Origin: an uncultured bacterium
GTDB taxonomy: Bacteria > Verrucomicrobiota > Verrucomicrobiia > Limisphaerales > UBA8199
Assembly: GCA_963749495.1 (NCBI GenBank)
Contig: CAVVMW010000023.1
Coordinates: forward strand, 32,001-96,000
Length of the DNA: 64,000 bases
Reading direction: 5' to 3'
Part shown: piece after piece, positions 45,189 to 55,641 of the stretch
Layout of the letters: every line of letters begins with the position of its first letter
Numbering within the stretch: the stretch's first letter is position 1
Made by a program: the position numbers and the translations under genes
Notes under the pieces: model-generated
What the model saw: only the letters and a program-made list of their open reading frames with translations
Database searches by the model: none
Told to the model about the DNA's origin: nothing

Positions 45189-45826
45189 GTGAGTTCCAAA
45201 GACACATTCCGGGTCGGCGTGCTGGGGTCGGGGACGGGCTCGAATTTCGTGGCGATAGCCGAGGGGTGCGCCTCGGGCCGGATACCGGCGGAGGTGGCGC
45301 TGGTGCTGAGCAACGTGCCGGAGGCGGGCATTCTGGAGCGCGCGCGGGAGCGGAACATCCCGGCGCGGTTTATCGCGCCGGGCAAGTTCCGCACACGGCT
45401 GGACCAAGAGGCCGAGCGGGCTTACATCGAGGCGTTGCGCGAGGCCGCTGTGGACTTGGTCGCGCTGGCCGGGTTCATGCGCGTGCTCAAGGGCGAGTTC
45501 CTGCGCGCCTTTGAAGGGCGGATTCTCAACATCCATCCCTCGCTGCTCCCGTCATTTCCCGGGCTCGCGGCCTGGGACCAGGCGCTGGCCCACGGGGTCA
45601 AAGTGACCGGCTGCACGGTGCATTTCGTCGATGCCGGCGTGGACTCGGGCCCATCCTCGGCCAGCAAGCCGTGCCGGTGCTGGATGAGGACACGCCGGAG
45701 ACACTGCACCAGCGCATCCACGCGGCCGAGCACGACCTCTATCCCGCGTGCATCGCGGCCATCGCGCGCGGCCAGGTCAAGGTGTCGGGCCGGCGCGTGA
45801 GCGTCGCGATGCGGCAAGGGTCGTGA
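45189..45826 (+). CDS. purN: Phosphoribosylglycinamide formyltransferase (frameshift ~45655)
   Basis: [41 protein letters not shown]; the C-terminus ([21 protein letters not shown]) lies in the shifted frame. Confidence 0.92.
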
Positions 45827-45854
45827 AGGCGCGGGCGTGGAGTCCCCGGCGAAC

Positions 45855-46000
45855 CCCTCACCCCGACCCTCTCCCCTTCCGAAGGGGAGAGGGGGAAGCG
45901 TCGGCAGTCTCTGGGAATTCCAGGCGTCTCCGCTTTCTCAAGCCGCTACCCAGAATTCTCCCTCTCCCCTTCGGAAGGGGATAGGGTCGGGGTGAGGGGT
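45855..46000. repeat. Palindromic doublet cccctcacccc.accctctcccc between convergent genes
   Basis: Two hairpin arms in inverted orientation; same family as the outer arms of 20925..21782. Confidence 0.85.
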
Positions 46001-46061
46001 CTGCCCGCCGGATCGCCCGCGCCCTCAGTGAGGCATTACGCTCGTTTCTCTTTTTCGGCAA

Positions 46062-47240
46062 TCATTTCGCCTGGAGCAGGACCTTGGTGTCGGTCTTTGT
46101 GTTGATGGCCTGTTTCTGGGCCCCCATGTCCGCAGTTGCCGAGACCTCGCTGTGCACATCAACGGTGCTCTGCTCTGGCAGGAGTTGGCCGAGATCGCGG
46201 GTAGCAGTGCCGGTGCTGGTGACGGCCATTTTCGACAGATTGATTGTGACCCCCTGCATCGCCGGGCTCTGAATCTTCTGGTTGGCAGCGTGTTGAGTGA
46301 GTGTGCTCTTGGTGATGACCTTCTCGTCTTCGAGGGAGACCAACTCAATCGTGCCCGTTTGGTCGGCAGTCACGCCTTGGGTCTTGACGGCCATCTTGAC
46401 CTCCCATTTGGCGCCGGGACCCACGGCCTGTTCGGGCAGCGGAGTCTCCACCATCGAGAAAACGTCCTTGATACCATCCACGGCCTGGGCGAGCCAGGGG
46501 TTGGTGCCAGCCGAGGCCTTCATCTGCGTGCCTTTGACCATCCCACGGTCGGACAGGGTCAGAGTGCCCGAGATCCCGTTGAAGCTGGAGACCGCCTTCT
46601 TCATCTCCTCGACCAATTTGGGCGCGGAGCCCGGCTCATCGAGCACACTGGCCTGGCCCATGGCCAATTCACAGGTGATATCGCCTTCGGGCGAGACGCT
46701 CTTGACGGTGGCATTCAAGGCCAGCTTGATGGCCGGGAGTTTCAGCGACGGGCCGCCTGCACCCATGCCCGTGGCCGTCTTGAAAGTCACCTCCAGGGTC
46801 TGCTTATCACCGGGCTTGGGATGGAGGCGCAGGACTTTGCGCGGTTCGGCGCCCGCCTCGAGCAACTTCACCGGCGAGGCCGCGTCGGACGCGGATTCCT
46901 GCGCGGCGGCGGCGGGGCCGGTCTTGGCCGGGGTGGCGAGTTTCCGGGACAAGCCGTCCAACTTTTCGGCCACGAAATTGAATCGGTAAGTCACCGCCTC
47001 GCGATTCCAGGCCGGGTTGTCCTTCTTGATGCCCTGCAGGACTTTCCAGGCCTCGCGGTACTTGTCCAGGGCCGGGCCGGTTTGGCCGCCGCTCTCCAGG
47101 TTGTCGGCTTGTTGAATGATCTTGAGGACCCGCAGGTAGAGATCGCCCGGCTCGTCGGCCCCCGCCGGCCGGGCAGAGGTCAACATCAGCGCCGCGAAGA
47201 GGCCCAGGCAGAAAATCCATCCGAAGCGGATCTTTTTCAC
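46062..47240 (-). CDS. Secreted hypothetical protein (N-terminal helical region plus DUF6263-like domain)
   Basis: Signal peptide from GTG 47240; LLEAGAEPRKVLR and PLPEQAVGPGAKWEV motifs. Confidence 0.65.
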   Translation of the reverse strand: MKKIRFGWIFCLGLFAALMLTSARPAGADEPGDLYLRVLKIIQQADNLESGGQTGPALDKYREAWKVLQGIKKDNPAWNREAVTYRFNFVAEKLDGLSRKLATPAKTGPAAAAQESASDAASPVKLLEAGAEPRKVLRLHPKPGDKQTLEVTFKTATGMGAGGPSLKLPAIKLALNATVKSVSPEGDITCELAMGQASVLDEPGSAPKLVEEMKKAVSSFNGISGTLTLSDRGMVKGTQMKASAGTNPWLAQAVDGIKDVFSMVETPLPEQAVGPGAKWEVKMAVKTQGVTADQTGTIELVSLEDEKVITKSTLTQHAANQKIQSPAMQGVTINLSKMAVTSTGTATRDLGQLLPEQSTVDVHSEVSATADMGAQKQAINTKTDTKVLLQAK

Positions 47241-47430
47241 GGGGCGCAAGCTAATATGGCGGGCGCGAAATTGCGATACATTTATTCCAGATTCGCATCG
47301 ACTTGAGGGCGCCGGCAGGCCATTGTATGGGGCCGGCGCAATGTGCCCGACAGTCCGTGTGGGCAGCACCCGAAATCCGAGAACAGAGCCGCCTCACCGC
47401 CTTGCTGTGGCAGGGGGGTGAGGAGGTCAG

Positions 47431-50085
47431 ATGCGTGCCATGCCTGGTCACAAGAACCTGACCGGCCAAGGCGCGGCGGACCCCCTGGTGGAGGCGGCGG
47501 CCCGGGAGAGCGGCGAGGTGCTGCTGGGGCTGGGCACCTCGACGGGAGGGTTGACCGAGGAAGATGCGGCGGCACGGCTGGAGCGATACGGCCCCAATGA
47601 AGTGGGGCGCGAGAAGGAGCAGGGTTGGGCAGGGCGGTTCTACCTGGCGGCGCGCAACCCGCTGGTGATCCTGCTGACGGTGCTGGCGGTCCTTTCGTTT
47701 GCCGCGCAGGATTTTCGGGCGGGGACGGTGATGCTGTTGATGGTGGTGCTGGGGATGTCGCTGCGGCTGGTGCAGGAGACGCGCGCGGACACGGCGGCGG
47801 CCAAGCTCAAGGCGATGATCCGGGTGACGGCAACGGTGGTGCGCCGTGGGCAGGCCCGGGAGATCCCGCTCAAGGAGTTAGTGCCCGGGGACCTCGTCAA
47901 ACTCTCGGCCGGGGACATGGTTCCGGGGGACGTGCGCCTGACCTCGGCCAAGGACCTGTTCGTCATCCAGGCGACGCTCACGGGCGAATCGTTGCCGGTC
48001 GAGAAGACCGATGAGCGGGACGCACGGGACAACGTCTCGGCCATCGAGCGCAGCAACCTCTGTTTCCTGGGCACCAGCGTCGAGAGCGGCTCGGCCAGCG
48101 CGGTCATCATCGCGACCGGGCCGCAGACGTATCTGGGACGGGTGGCGCGCAGCCTGGGCGGCCAGCCGGCGGAGACGGCCTTCGACCGCGGGGTCAAGAA
48201 GTTCACCTGGCTGATGATCCGGTTCATGCTGGTGCTGGTGCCGCTGGTCTTCCTGATCAATGGCTTGACCAAGCAGGATTGGGGCAAGGCCTTTTTCTTT
48301 GCCCTGGCGGTGGCCGTGGGACTGACGCCCGAAATGCTGCCGATGATCGTCTCGGTCTGCCTGTCCAAAGGGGCGCTGATCATGTCGCGCAAGCAGGTCA
48401 TCGTCAAGCGCCTCAACTCGATTCAGAACTTCGGGGCGATGGACGTTCTGTGCACGGACAAGACGGGGACGTTGACGATGGATCACGTGATCCTGGAGAT
48501 CTACTGCGACGTGTTCAAGAACGAGAGCGAGGAGGTGCTGCGGGATGCCTACTTGATCAGCCACTTCCAGACGGGGCTCAAGAACGTCCTGGACCGGGCG
48601 GTGCTGCAGCACCAGGAGCTGCACGGGCAATTGTCCCTGGACCAGTACACGAAGGTGGACGAGATCCCGTTTGATTTTTCGCGGCGGATGATGTCGGTGG
48701 CGGTGGAGGGTCCCAGCGGGCAGCGCCAACTGCTGACCAAGGGCGCGCCGGAGGCGGTCTTTGCCCAGTGCACCGCCTTCGAGAGCCAGGGCGAGATCTT
48801 CCCCATGGAGCCGATCCTGGTGGGCAACCTGATCGAGCAGGTCAACGACCTGAGCGAGGACGGGTTCCGGGTGCTGGCGGTGGCAACGCGCAAGCTGGAC
48901 AAGCGCCCGGCGTATTCGAAGGCGGACGAGAAGGAGTTGGTGTTGACGGGCTACCTGGCATTTCTGGACCCGCCCAAGGAGACGGCCGCCAAGGCCATTA
49001 CGGCGCTGTGTCAGTACGGGATAACGGTGAAGGTGCTGACCGGCGACAATGACCTGGTGACGCGGAAGGTCTGCCGGGAGGTGGGGATCAGCGCGGAGAA
49101 GATCGTGCTGGGCAGCCAAGTGGAGGCGATGACGGACCCGCAACTGGCGGAGGCGGTGGAGACAACGGCGGTGTTTGCGCGGCTCTCGCCGGCGCACAAG
49201 CAGCGGATCGTGCAGGCCCTGCAGCGCGCCAGGCACGTGGTGGGATTCATCGGGGATGGGATCAACGATGCCCCGGCGTTGCGGACGGCGGACGTCGGGA
49301 TATCGGTCGACAACGCGGTGGACATCGCCAAGGAATCGGCGGATGTCATCCTCCTGGAGAAGAGCCTGATGGTGCTGGAGGAGGGGGTGCTGGAGGGACG
49401 CAAGGTCTTCGCGAACATCCTGAAGTACATCCGGATGGGGGCCAGCTCGAACTTCGGGAACATGTTCAGCGTGATCGGCGCCAGCGCCTGGCTGCCGTAC
49501 CTGCCGATGGCCCCCATCCAGGTCCTGACGAACAGCCTGCTTTATGATTTCTCGCAGGTGCCGATCCCCACCAACAATGTCGGTCTCCAGCAGATCGCCA
49601 AGCCGCGCCCATGGCACATTGGCGAGATCGCCCGGTTCATCGTCACCATCGGCCCGATCAGCTCGATCTTCGACTACACCACCTACGCGATCATGTGGTT
49701 CGTCTTCCAGTGCAGCCAGTTGAACCTGCTGGCTCCGCCGGAGCTGGCGGGCCGCTTTTCCAGGCCCGGGGCAGAACCTTATGCGGCGGCGCTCTTCCAC
49801 ACCGGCTGGTTCGTCGAGTCGCTCATGACGCAGACGCTCATCATCCACGTGATCCGGACCAATCTGATCCCGTTCATTCAATCGCGCGCCAGTTGGCAGT
49901 TGACGCTCACGACGCTGCTGATCATGGCCTTTGGCGCGGTCCTGCCCTATTCGCCCCTGGCGGCTCCGCTCGGCTTTGTGCCGCTGCCCCCGCTCTACTG
50001 GCTGCTGTTATTGCTGACCCTGGCCTGCTACGTGGGCCTGACCCAACTAGTCAAGATGTGGCTGATTCGCAAGGCATGGGTCTAA
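47431..50085 (+). CDS. mgtA: Mg2+-transporting P-type ATPase
   Basis: TGES, PEMLP, DKTGTLT, GDGINDAPAL, ASSNFGN.FS and GWFVES motifs. Confidence 0.95.
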   Translation: MRAMPGHKNLTGQGAADPLVEAAARESGEVLLGLGTSTGGLTEEDAAARLERYGPNEVGREKEQGWAGRFYLAARNPLVILLTVLAVLSFAAQDFRAGTVMLLMVVLGMSLRLVQETRADTAAAKLKAMIRVTATVVRRGQAREIPLKELVPGDLVKLSAGDMVPGDVRLTSAKDLFVIQATLTGESLPVEKTDERDARDNVSAIERSNLCFLGTSVESGSASAVIIATGPQTYLGRVARSLGGQPAETAFDRGVKKFTWLMIRFMLVLVPLVFLINGLTKQDWGKAFFFALAVAVGLTPEMLPMIVSVCLSKGALIMSRKQVIVKRLNSIQNFGAMDVLCTDKTGTLTMDHVILEIYCDVFKNESEEVLRDAYLISHFQTGLKNVLDRAVLQHQELHGQLSLDQYTKVDEIPFDFSRRMMSVAVEGPSGQRQLLTKGAPEAVFAQCTAFESQGEIFPMEPILVGNLIEQVNDLSEDGFRVLAVATRKLDKRPAYSKADEKELVLTGYLAFLDPPKETAAKAITALCQYGITVKVLTGDNDLVTRKVCREVGISAEKIVLGSQVEAMTDPQLAEAVETTAVFARLSPAHKQRIVQALQRARHVVGFIGDGINDAPALRTADVGISVDNAVDIAKESADVILLEKSLMVLEEGVLEGRKVFANILKYIRMGASSNFGNMFSVIGASAWLPYLPMAPIQVLTNSLLYDFSQVPIPTNNVGLQQIAKPRPWHIGEIARFIVTIGPISSIFDYTTYAIMWFVFQCSQLNLLAPPELAGRFSRPGAEPYAAALFHTGWFVESLMTQTLIIHVIRTNLIPFIQSRASWQLTLTTLLIMAFGAVLPYSPLAAPLGFVPLPPLYWLLLLLTLACYVGLTQLVKMWLIRKAWV

Positions 50086-50129
50086 ACGCCCTCTATACCC
50101 CTTTTCATTCGGCTGCGCATCGGAGGACT

Positions 50130-50234
50130 GAATGACGAATGACGAATGACGAATGACGAATGGCAAAGCCGGCGGATCGGTGTGCAATTTCGTCATTCGT
50201 CATTCGTCATTCGTCATTCGTCATTCGTCATTCG
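50130..50234. repeat. Inverted heptamer arrays (GAATGAC)n / (TTCGTCA)n between convergent mgtA and ctaC
   Basis: Read directly; can fold into a long stem-loop. Confidence 0.9.
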
Positions 50235-50274
50235 GGAAACTCCTGCCCTTGGGATTGAAAACAGGTGTAAGCCC

Positions 50275-51051
50275 TCACTCGAAGCTGGTGGCGGCGCCGG
50301 CCTTGGAGGCCAGCCACTTCTCGTAAGCGGCGGGCGATTCCACGACCACGAACCCCTGCGACATGTTCGAGTGGCCCATGCCGCAGAGTTGGGCGCAGTT
50401 GACTTGGAAGCGGCCCTCGCGCGTGGGCCGGAACCAGAGGGGAATGCGCATGCCCGGGATGGCGTCCTGCGTCACCCGGAAGGCGATGACCTTGAACGAG
50501 TGTACAACGTCCTTCGAGGAGATGTAGAGGACGACCGGCCTGAACCGGCCGTCGGGGTTTCTCACCAGCGGGACGTGGATTTCGTTGAGCGTCTGGACGT
50601 CGTCTTTGCCGTGGGGGTCGTTCGGGTCAACGCCGAAGACGTTCTCGGAGGTGACCCAGCGCATGTCCTGCTTGCCGAAGATGCCGTCCGCGCCGGGATA
50701 GCGCACGTTCCAGACAAACTGCTGGGCGACAATCTGGATGACCGTGGATTCGCTTGCCTTGGGGAGCTTGTCAACCGCCCCGGCCCAAAAGGGAATCGAC
50801 AGGCCGAACAACAGCACGCCCTCGACCGCTGCCACCCCAACCTCGACATAGGTCGAGAGATGGCTCTTGACCCCGGTGTAATCCGCCCGCGGATTGCGCG
50901 AGCCGCGAAAACGGAACAGGGCAAAGAGGAAATACGCCGACCATCCCACAAACAACACGATCATGAGCCAGTGGACATAGACAATCAGATCGTCAATGTG
51001 CCGGCCCTGCTCCGAGGCCACGACCGGAAGTCCCAAGAGTTTTTCGATCAT
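50275..51051 (-). CDS. ctaC: Cytochrome c oxidase subunit II
   Basis: Two TM helices; DVVHSF; CuA motif CAQLCGMGH..M. Confidence 0.93.
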   Translation of the reverse strand: MIEKLLGLPVVASEQGRHIDDLIVYVHWLMIVLFVGWSAYFLFALFRFRGSRNPRADYTGVKSHLSTYVEVGVAAVEGVLLFGLSIPFWAGAVDKLPKASESTVIQIVAQQFVWNVRYPGADGIFGKQDMRWVTSENVFGVDPNDPHGKDDVQTLNEIHVPLVRNPDGRFRPVVLYISSKDVVHSFKVIAFRVTQDAIPGMRIPLWFRPTREGRFQVNCAQLCGMGHSNMSQGFVVVESPAAYEKWLASKAGAATSFE

Positions 51052-51557
51052 AGATTATCCCTCGCGGCCAAGACCGCCGACCTCCTGGCCAGGTGGATGA
51101 AAAAGGCGCCGATGCCCCCGAGCACCAAGAGGATGATTGCCAGCAAGCTCGCGATTCCCCAGTTCATCCCCCGAGCCATCGCCGAGTCGCTTTGCCCATA
51201 ACAGGCGGCGCAAGCCAGCAGCGAATGTGGCGACAGCGCCAGCCCGAGAATCGCACACCACGGGATGGCGCGGGCGCATCGCGCCGCCGCGCCCCAATTC
51301 CTTTGCCCGGATGGAGCGCCCGCGCGGAGCGCGGCACTCTCCAGCCCCGAAGGGGCGGCAAGATAATAGCCCAGGGCAAGGCCCCTCCCGCTCCGAGCGG
51401 GACGGGCCGCCGCCCTGGGTAGCGGCGAAAAACAGATCACCCCCCTCCCATGTGCTCCGAGCGCATGGGAGGGGGGAAGGGGGGTGGGCTTCCCGCCCCG
51501 CTCGCGGGCGCTGTCGGGATACTGCTGGACGGAACTGTGCTGCCACCGCCCCCTCAT
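51048..51557 (-). CDS. Small membrane protein with a CAAC motif; N-terminus carries an in-frame REP insertion
   Basis: LACAACYGQSDS..ARGMNWGI plus a TM helix; start and stop both overlap neighbouring genes (ATGA); true start uncertain. Confidence 0.6.
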   Translation of the reverse strand: MRGRWQHSSVQQYPDSARERGGKPTPLPPSHALGAHGRGVICFSPLPRAAARPARSGRGLALGYYLAAPSGLESAALRAGAPSGQRNWGAAARCARAIPWCAILGLALSPHSLLACAACYGQSDSAMARGMNWGIASLLAIILLVLGGIGAFFIHLARRSAVLAARDNL

Positions 51558-51763
51558 AGGTTGCTCACATTCTTGAGCTTCCTGAGAACATAACGCCCGT
51601 AGAGGAGCAGGGCCACTCCCGCCGCGGCCGAACCTAACGCGAAGGCCAGGTCCGGCCAGCGGCCGGCAGCGGACGAGTAATTGGCCAGGCCCCACATGCC
51701 GCAGCCGAAGGCCAGGATGCTGGCCAGGGCGATGAAAACCAGGTGGAACGTCTTGAGCGACAT
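51554..51763 (-). CDS. Small two-TM membrane protein in the cox operon
   Basis: MSLKTFHLVFI..., 69 aa, tightly packed in the operon. Confidence 0.7.
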   Translation of the reverse strand: MSLKTFHLVFIALASILAFGCGMWGLANYSSAAGRWPDLAFALGSAAAGVALLLYGRYVLRKLKNVSNL

Positions 51764-51770
51764 GCCGGGG

Positions 51771-52133
51771 TCAATGGGTAATGGTGTGCGGGGGGAAATC
51801 GGCGAAGGACAAAATCGTCAGGAACATCAGCCCGACAAAGAAAAAGGCCGTGAAGGCCATGATGCCGCAGATCATCTTCCGCTCGGAGATGAGGTGCATG
51901 AAGAAACAGGCCACCAGGGAGGCCTTGCTGAGGGCGATGAACAGGGCGACGGCGATGTTGATCTCGCGGTTGCCGAAGGGGACATAGGAGGCCGCCACGG
52001 TGATGAGGGTCCCGAAGATCAGTGCGTAAAAGACATACAGGTAGCGGCGGACGTGCAGCGCGAAGGTGTCGTGGGACGGGGCGTTCATAGCTCGGAGGTT
52101 GCGTGCGTTCAACGGTTGGAGATGAGTCGTCAT
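51771..52133 (-). CDS. ctaF: Cytochrome c oxidase subunit IV
   Basis: Y..VF.AL...T.ITV; IA..KASLV..FFMHL..E; alternative start at 52088. Confidence 0.85.
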   Translation of the reverse strand: MTTHLQPLNARNLRAMNAPSHDTFALHVRRYLYVFYALIFGTLITVAASYVPFGNREINIAVALFIALSKASLVACFFMHLISERKMICGIMAFTAFFFVGLMFLTILSFADFPPHTITH

Positions 52134-52909
52134 TATAACAAGTATAACACCGGAAACAGGAATATCCAGACCAGGTCGACGAAATGCCAGAAGAGGCCGG
52201 AGATTTCGATGCGGTTGGCAAACCGCTCGGGGTCCCGGCGCCAGAGCGCGCTGCCGGGGCCCCACAGGAAGCCGATGACGATGGCCCCGCCGATAACGTG
52301 GAGGGCGTGCAGGCCGGTGAGGGTGAAATAGATGGCCAGGTAAGCGTGGTGCCACGGGCCATAGTTCTGCATCTTAACGATCTGCGAGCGGGTGAGGGTG
52401 ATTTCCTCGCGTTTGTGGGAGGCGCCGGGGGCGCGCAGGTCGAAGAGTTCTTTGCGGTCGGCTACGATGCGGCCGTGAATGACAACGTGGTCCGGCGTGC
52501 TCTGAACGAGGTGGCCGTCGGCGAAGCGCCCGTCCTTGAGCGCGATTTCGTAGTGGGTGAACTTGTCGTGGTATTCGTAGGACTTGATGCCGACGAAGGT
52601 CATGGCGAGCAGGAGAGTGCAGGCATGGAAAAACTTGAATCGGGCGAATTGGTTCATCTTGCAGGCGGCCCAGGCCATGACGGTGGTGATGCTGGAGGTG
52701 ATGAGGACCAGGGTATTGACGGTGCCGACGGGGATGTTGAGCCAGCCATGGGGCCAGAAACCATCCTCCGACCCGGTGCGCAAGAGGATGTAGGCGGAAA
52801 AGAGCGCGCCAAACAACATGACCTCGGAAGCCAGGAACAGCCAGACGCCGACCTTGCCGTTGTAAAGGCCGGTGTCGGGGCGGAGGGCGACGGTGTAGGG
52901 GATGTCCAT
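52133..52909 (-). CDS. ctaE: Cytochrome c oxidase subunit III
   Basis: WLFLASEVMLFGALF; LTGLHALHV; GLFWHFVDLVWIFLFP. Confidence 0.93.
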   Translation of the reverse strand: MDIPYTVALRPDTGLYNGKVGVWLFLASEVMLFGALFSAYILLRTGSEDGFWPHGWLNIPVGTVNTLVLITSSITTVMAWAACKMNQFARFKFFHACTLLLAMTFVGIKSYEYHDKFTHYEIALKDGRFADGHLVQSTPDHVVIHGRIVADRKELFDLRAPGASHKREEITLTRSQIVKMQNYGPWHHAYLAIYFTLTGLHALHVIGGAIVIGFLWGPGSALWRRDPERFANRIEISGLFWHFVDLVWIFLFPVLYLL

Positions 52910-52917
52910 GGTTCTGC

Positions 52918-54735
52918 TTATGCGGCTTCGTTCTGCGGGGTGAAGTCCCGGTCATGGCCTGGGACGCTGTATTCGTAAGGGCCGCGGCGGACCTCGGGTG
53001 GGGTGGCGAAGTTGCCGTGCGGGGGCGGGGTGGGTGTCTGCCATTCCAGGGTGGTGGCCTCCCAGGGATTATCGGACTGGGCCAACCGGCCATGCTTGAT
53101 GCTCCAGAAAAAGTTGATGATGAAAGGGGCCTGGCCCAGGGCCAGGCCCACGGCAGCCCAGAGGATGTAAGTGTGCAACCCCATGACATACGGGCTCAGG
53201 CCGCCGATGGCCTCGGGCACGCGCGCCTGGGAATAATTGGCGCCCCCATCGTACATGCGCCGCAACATGCCCGCCATGCCCTGGGCAAACATCGGCTGGA
53301 AGATGAGGTTCATGAAGATAAACGACGACCAGAAATGCACCTTGCCCCAAAAATCGTTCATGAAGCGCCCGGTCACCTTGGGATACCAGTGATAGAGACC
53401 GGCGAAGAGGGCGAAGATAGTGCCCGGGGCGACGATGTAGTGGAAATGGGCGATGACGTAGTAGGTGTCGTGCAGGTGGATGTCGGCGGTGCTCAGGCCC
53501 AGCGGCAGGCCGGTCAGGCCCCCAATGCCGAACATGGGCAGGAAGGCCATCACAAAGAGCATCGGTGTGGTGAAGCGAATCGCCCCGCCCCACAGCGAAA
53601 TGAACATGCAGGTGAGGATGATGACCGAGGGGATCGAGATGAGCATCGTGGTCGTCTGGAAAAAGGCCGAGATCGTCGTGCCCATCCCGGTCAGATACAT
53701 GTGATGGGCCCAGACGATGAACGAGAGGAAGCCGATGCTCAGCGCCGAATAGACCAGGGACTTGTAGCCCCACAACGGTTTGCGGGTGTTGTTGGCGATG
53801 ACTTCGGCGACGATCCCCATCGCCGGGAGGATCAACACATAGACCTCCGGGTGCGCCAGGAACCAGAACAGGTGCTGCCAGAGCAAGGGGCTGCCACCGC
53901 CGCTCACCCCGGCCAAACCGCCCCCAACCGCCAGGCCCGTCGGCAGGAAAAAGCTGGTGTGGGCAACCTTGTCCATGAGCTGCATGATGGCGGCCGCCTC
54001 CAGGGGCGGAAAGGCCAGCAACAGCAGAAACGCCGTCACGAACTGCGCCCACACGAAAAACGGCAGCCGCATCCACGTCATCCCCGGGGCGCGCAACTGG
54101 ATGACCGTGGCAATGAAATTCACGGCGCCCAGCAGCAACGAGCAAATGAGAAAGACCATCCCGATGATCCAGAACGTCTGGCCGTCGGTCGGAATGGCCT
54201 CGGCCAGCGGCGGATACGAGGTCCAGCCGGCCTGGGCGGCGCCGCCGGGAATGAAAAAGCTGACCAACATGACAATGCCGCCAATGACGTAAAACTGGTA
54301 GCTGGCCATGTTCACACGCGGAAAGGCCATGTCCGGCGCCCCGATTTGCAGCGGCACCAGGTAATTGCCGAACGCCGCGAAGGCCAGCGGCACTATCGCC
54401 AGAAACACCATGATCGTGCCGTGCATCGCCCCGAACGAGTTGTAGAGGTCCGGCGAGATCGTCCCTTTTGCGGCCACCTCCCCAAGGACTGACTCCAGCA
54501 GCGGCCCCACCAGCGGCACCGGCTGGCCCGGGTGCGCGATCTGCCAGCGCATCATGAGCATCAGCAGGAAACCGAACAGCAGAAAACACAGCGCCGTCAT
54601 CCCATACTGCAGCCCGATCACCTTGTGGTCGGTCGAAAAGACATAGTGTCTCCAAAACCCGCCTTCTTCGTGCGCCGCCGCTCCGGCCGGCGCGTGAGGG
54701 TCAGAGTGAGCCTGAGTGGGAGGAACAGCCTGCAT
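52918..54735 (-). CDS. ctaD: Cytochrome c oxidase subunit I (A family)
   Basis: STDHK.IG; MHGTIM; GAPDMAFPR.N; HPEVY; WAHHM; HDTYY..AHFHY; RR pair. Confidence 0.97.
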   Translation of the reverse strand: MQAVPPTQAHSDPHAPAGAAAHEEGGFWRHYVFSTDHKVIGLQYGMTALCFLLFGFLLMLMMRWQIAHPGQPVPLVGPLLESVLGEVAAKGTISPDLYNSFGAMHGTIMVFLAIVPLAFAAFGNYLVPLQIGAPDMAFPRVNMASYQFYVIGGIVMLVSFFIPGGAAQAGWTSYPPLAEAIPTDGQTFWIIGMVFLICSLLLGAVNFIATVIQLRAPGMTWMRLPFFVWAQFVTAFLLLLAFPPLEAAAIMQLMDKVAHTSFFLPTGLAVGGGLAGVSGGGSPLLWQHLFWFLAHPEVYVLILPAMGIVAEVIANNTRKPLWGYKSLVYSALSIGFLSFIVWAHHMYLTGMGTTISAFFQTTTMLISIPSVIILTCMFISLWGGAIRFTTPMLFVMAFLPMFGIGGLTGLPLGLSTADIHLHDTYYVIAHFHYIVAPGTIFALFAGLYHWYPKVTGRFMNDFWGKVHFWSSFIFMNLIFQPMFAQGMAGMLRRMYDGGANYSQARVPEAIGGLSPYVMGLHTYILWAAVGLALGQAPFIINFFWSIKHGRLAQSDNPWEATTLEWQTPTPPPHGNFATPPEVRRGPYEYSVPGHDRDFTPQNEAA

Positions 54736-54738
54736 GAG

Positions 54739-55641
54739 TTATTTAACCTTGTCCAGCACCAGCACCCCGAGGAGCAGGGGCAGGTAGAGGATCGAAGCGA
54801 AGAACAATTGCCTCGCCTTGGAAATTGTCAAGCAACGCGCGAATTGCGCGGCGAACCAGGCCAGGCCCAGGCCCAGGAACAGGGCGCCCGCCAGGTAGAA
54901 CGGCCCCGCCATGCCAAACAGGAACGGGCAGAGACTCACCGGCACCAGGGCGGCGGCATGGAGGAGGGCCTGCCGCCCCGTGCGGCAACCGGCTGGGTCC
55001 AGGACCGGGAGCATTTTGAAGCCGGCGCGGGCGTATTCGTCGCGGTAGATCCAGGCGATCGCCATGAAGTGGGGCATTTGCCACAGGGCCTGGATGGCAA
55101 ACAAGGCAAGACCGCCGCGCGTGACCGTTCCGCAGGCGGCGGTCCAGCCAATCAGCGGCGGCAGGGCGCCCGCCACAGCGCCGACCGCCGTGTTGAGCCA
55201 CGTCAGGCGCTTGAGCGGCGTGTAGATGAAGAGGTAAGTGACGAGCGTGATGGCCCCGACCACACCGGCGGTGAGATTGACCGCCTGGGCCAGGCAAATC
55301 ACTCCCAGGCAGGCGCAGGCGCAGCCGATGCCCAGGACGGTGCGGGGTTGCACGCGGCCCGAAGGCAGCGGCCGCTCGCGGGTGCGGCGCATCCGGGCGT
55401 CGTATTCCCGCTCGATGAGTTGGTTGAGCGCCGAGCCGCCTGTGGCCACCAGGGCCATGCCCAGCAACGCGCGCAGCAGGAGCAGACCGTCCATCGGGCC
55501 GCGAAGCCCCGCGTAAAATCCTGCCAGCATCGTCAGCAACACCAGGCAGGTGAGCCGGGCCTTGAAGAGCTCCGCACAGACCGCCAGCCAGCCCTTCTCC
55601 ACCGCAATGGCCTGTATCAGTGTGGGTGCAGTGGCTTTCAT
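54739..55641 (-). CDS. ctaB: Heme o synthase (protoheme IX farnesyltransferase)
   Basis: NQLIERE.DARM.RT..RPLPSG; YTPLKR; WQMPHF. Confidence 0.93.
   Translation of the reverse strand: MKATAPTLIQAIAVEKGWLAVCAELFKARLTCLVLLTMLAGFYAGLRGPMDGLLLLRALLGMALVATGGSALNQLIEREYDARMRRTRERPLPSGRVQPRTVLGIGCACACLGVICLAQAVNLTAGVVGAITLVTYLFIYTPLKRLTWLNTAVGAVAGALPPLIGWTAACGTVTRGGLALFAIQALWQMPHFMAIAWIYRDEYARAGFKMLPVLDPAGCRTGRQALLHAAALVPVSLCPFLFGMAGPFYLAGALFLGLGLAWFAAQFARCLTISKARQLFFASILYLPLLLGVLVLDKVK

Noticed and set aside
42786..45536. Long antisense ORFs (also 24720..28217, 47878..49881, 17936..19636, 62034..63767)
   Set aside because: They are shadows of well-supported genes on the opposite strand in high-GC DNA and show no motifs.
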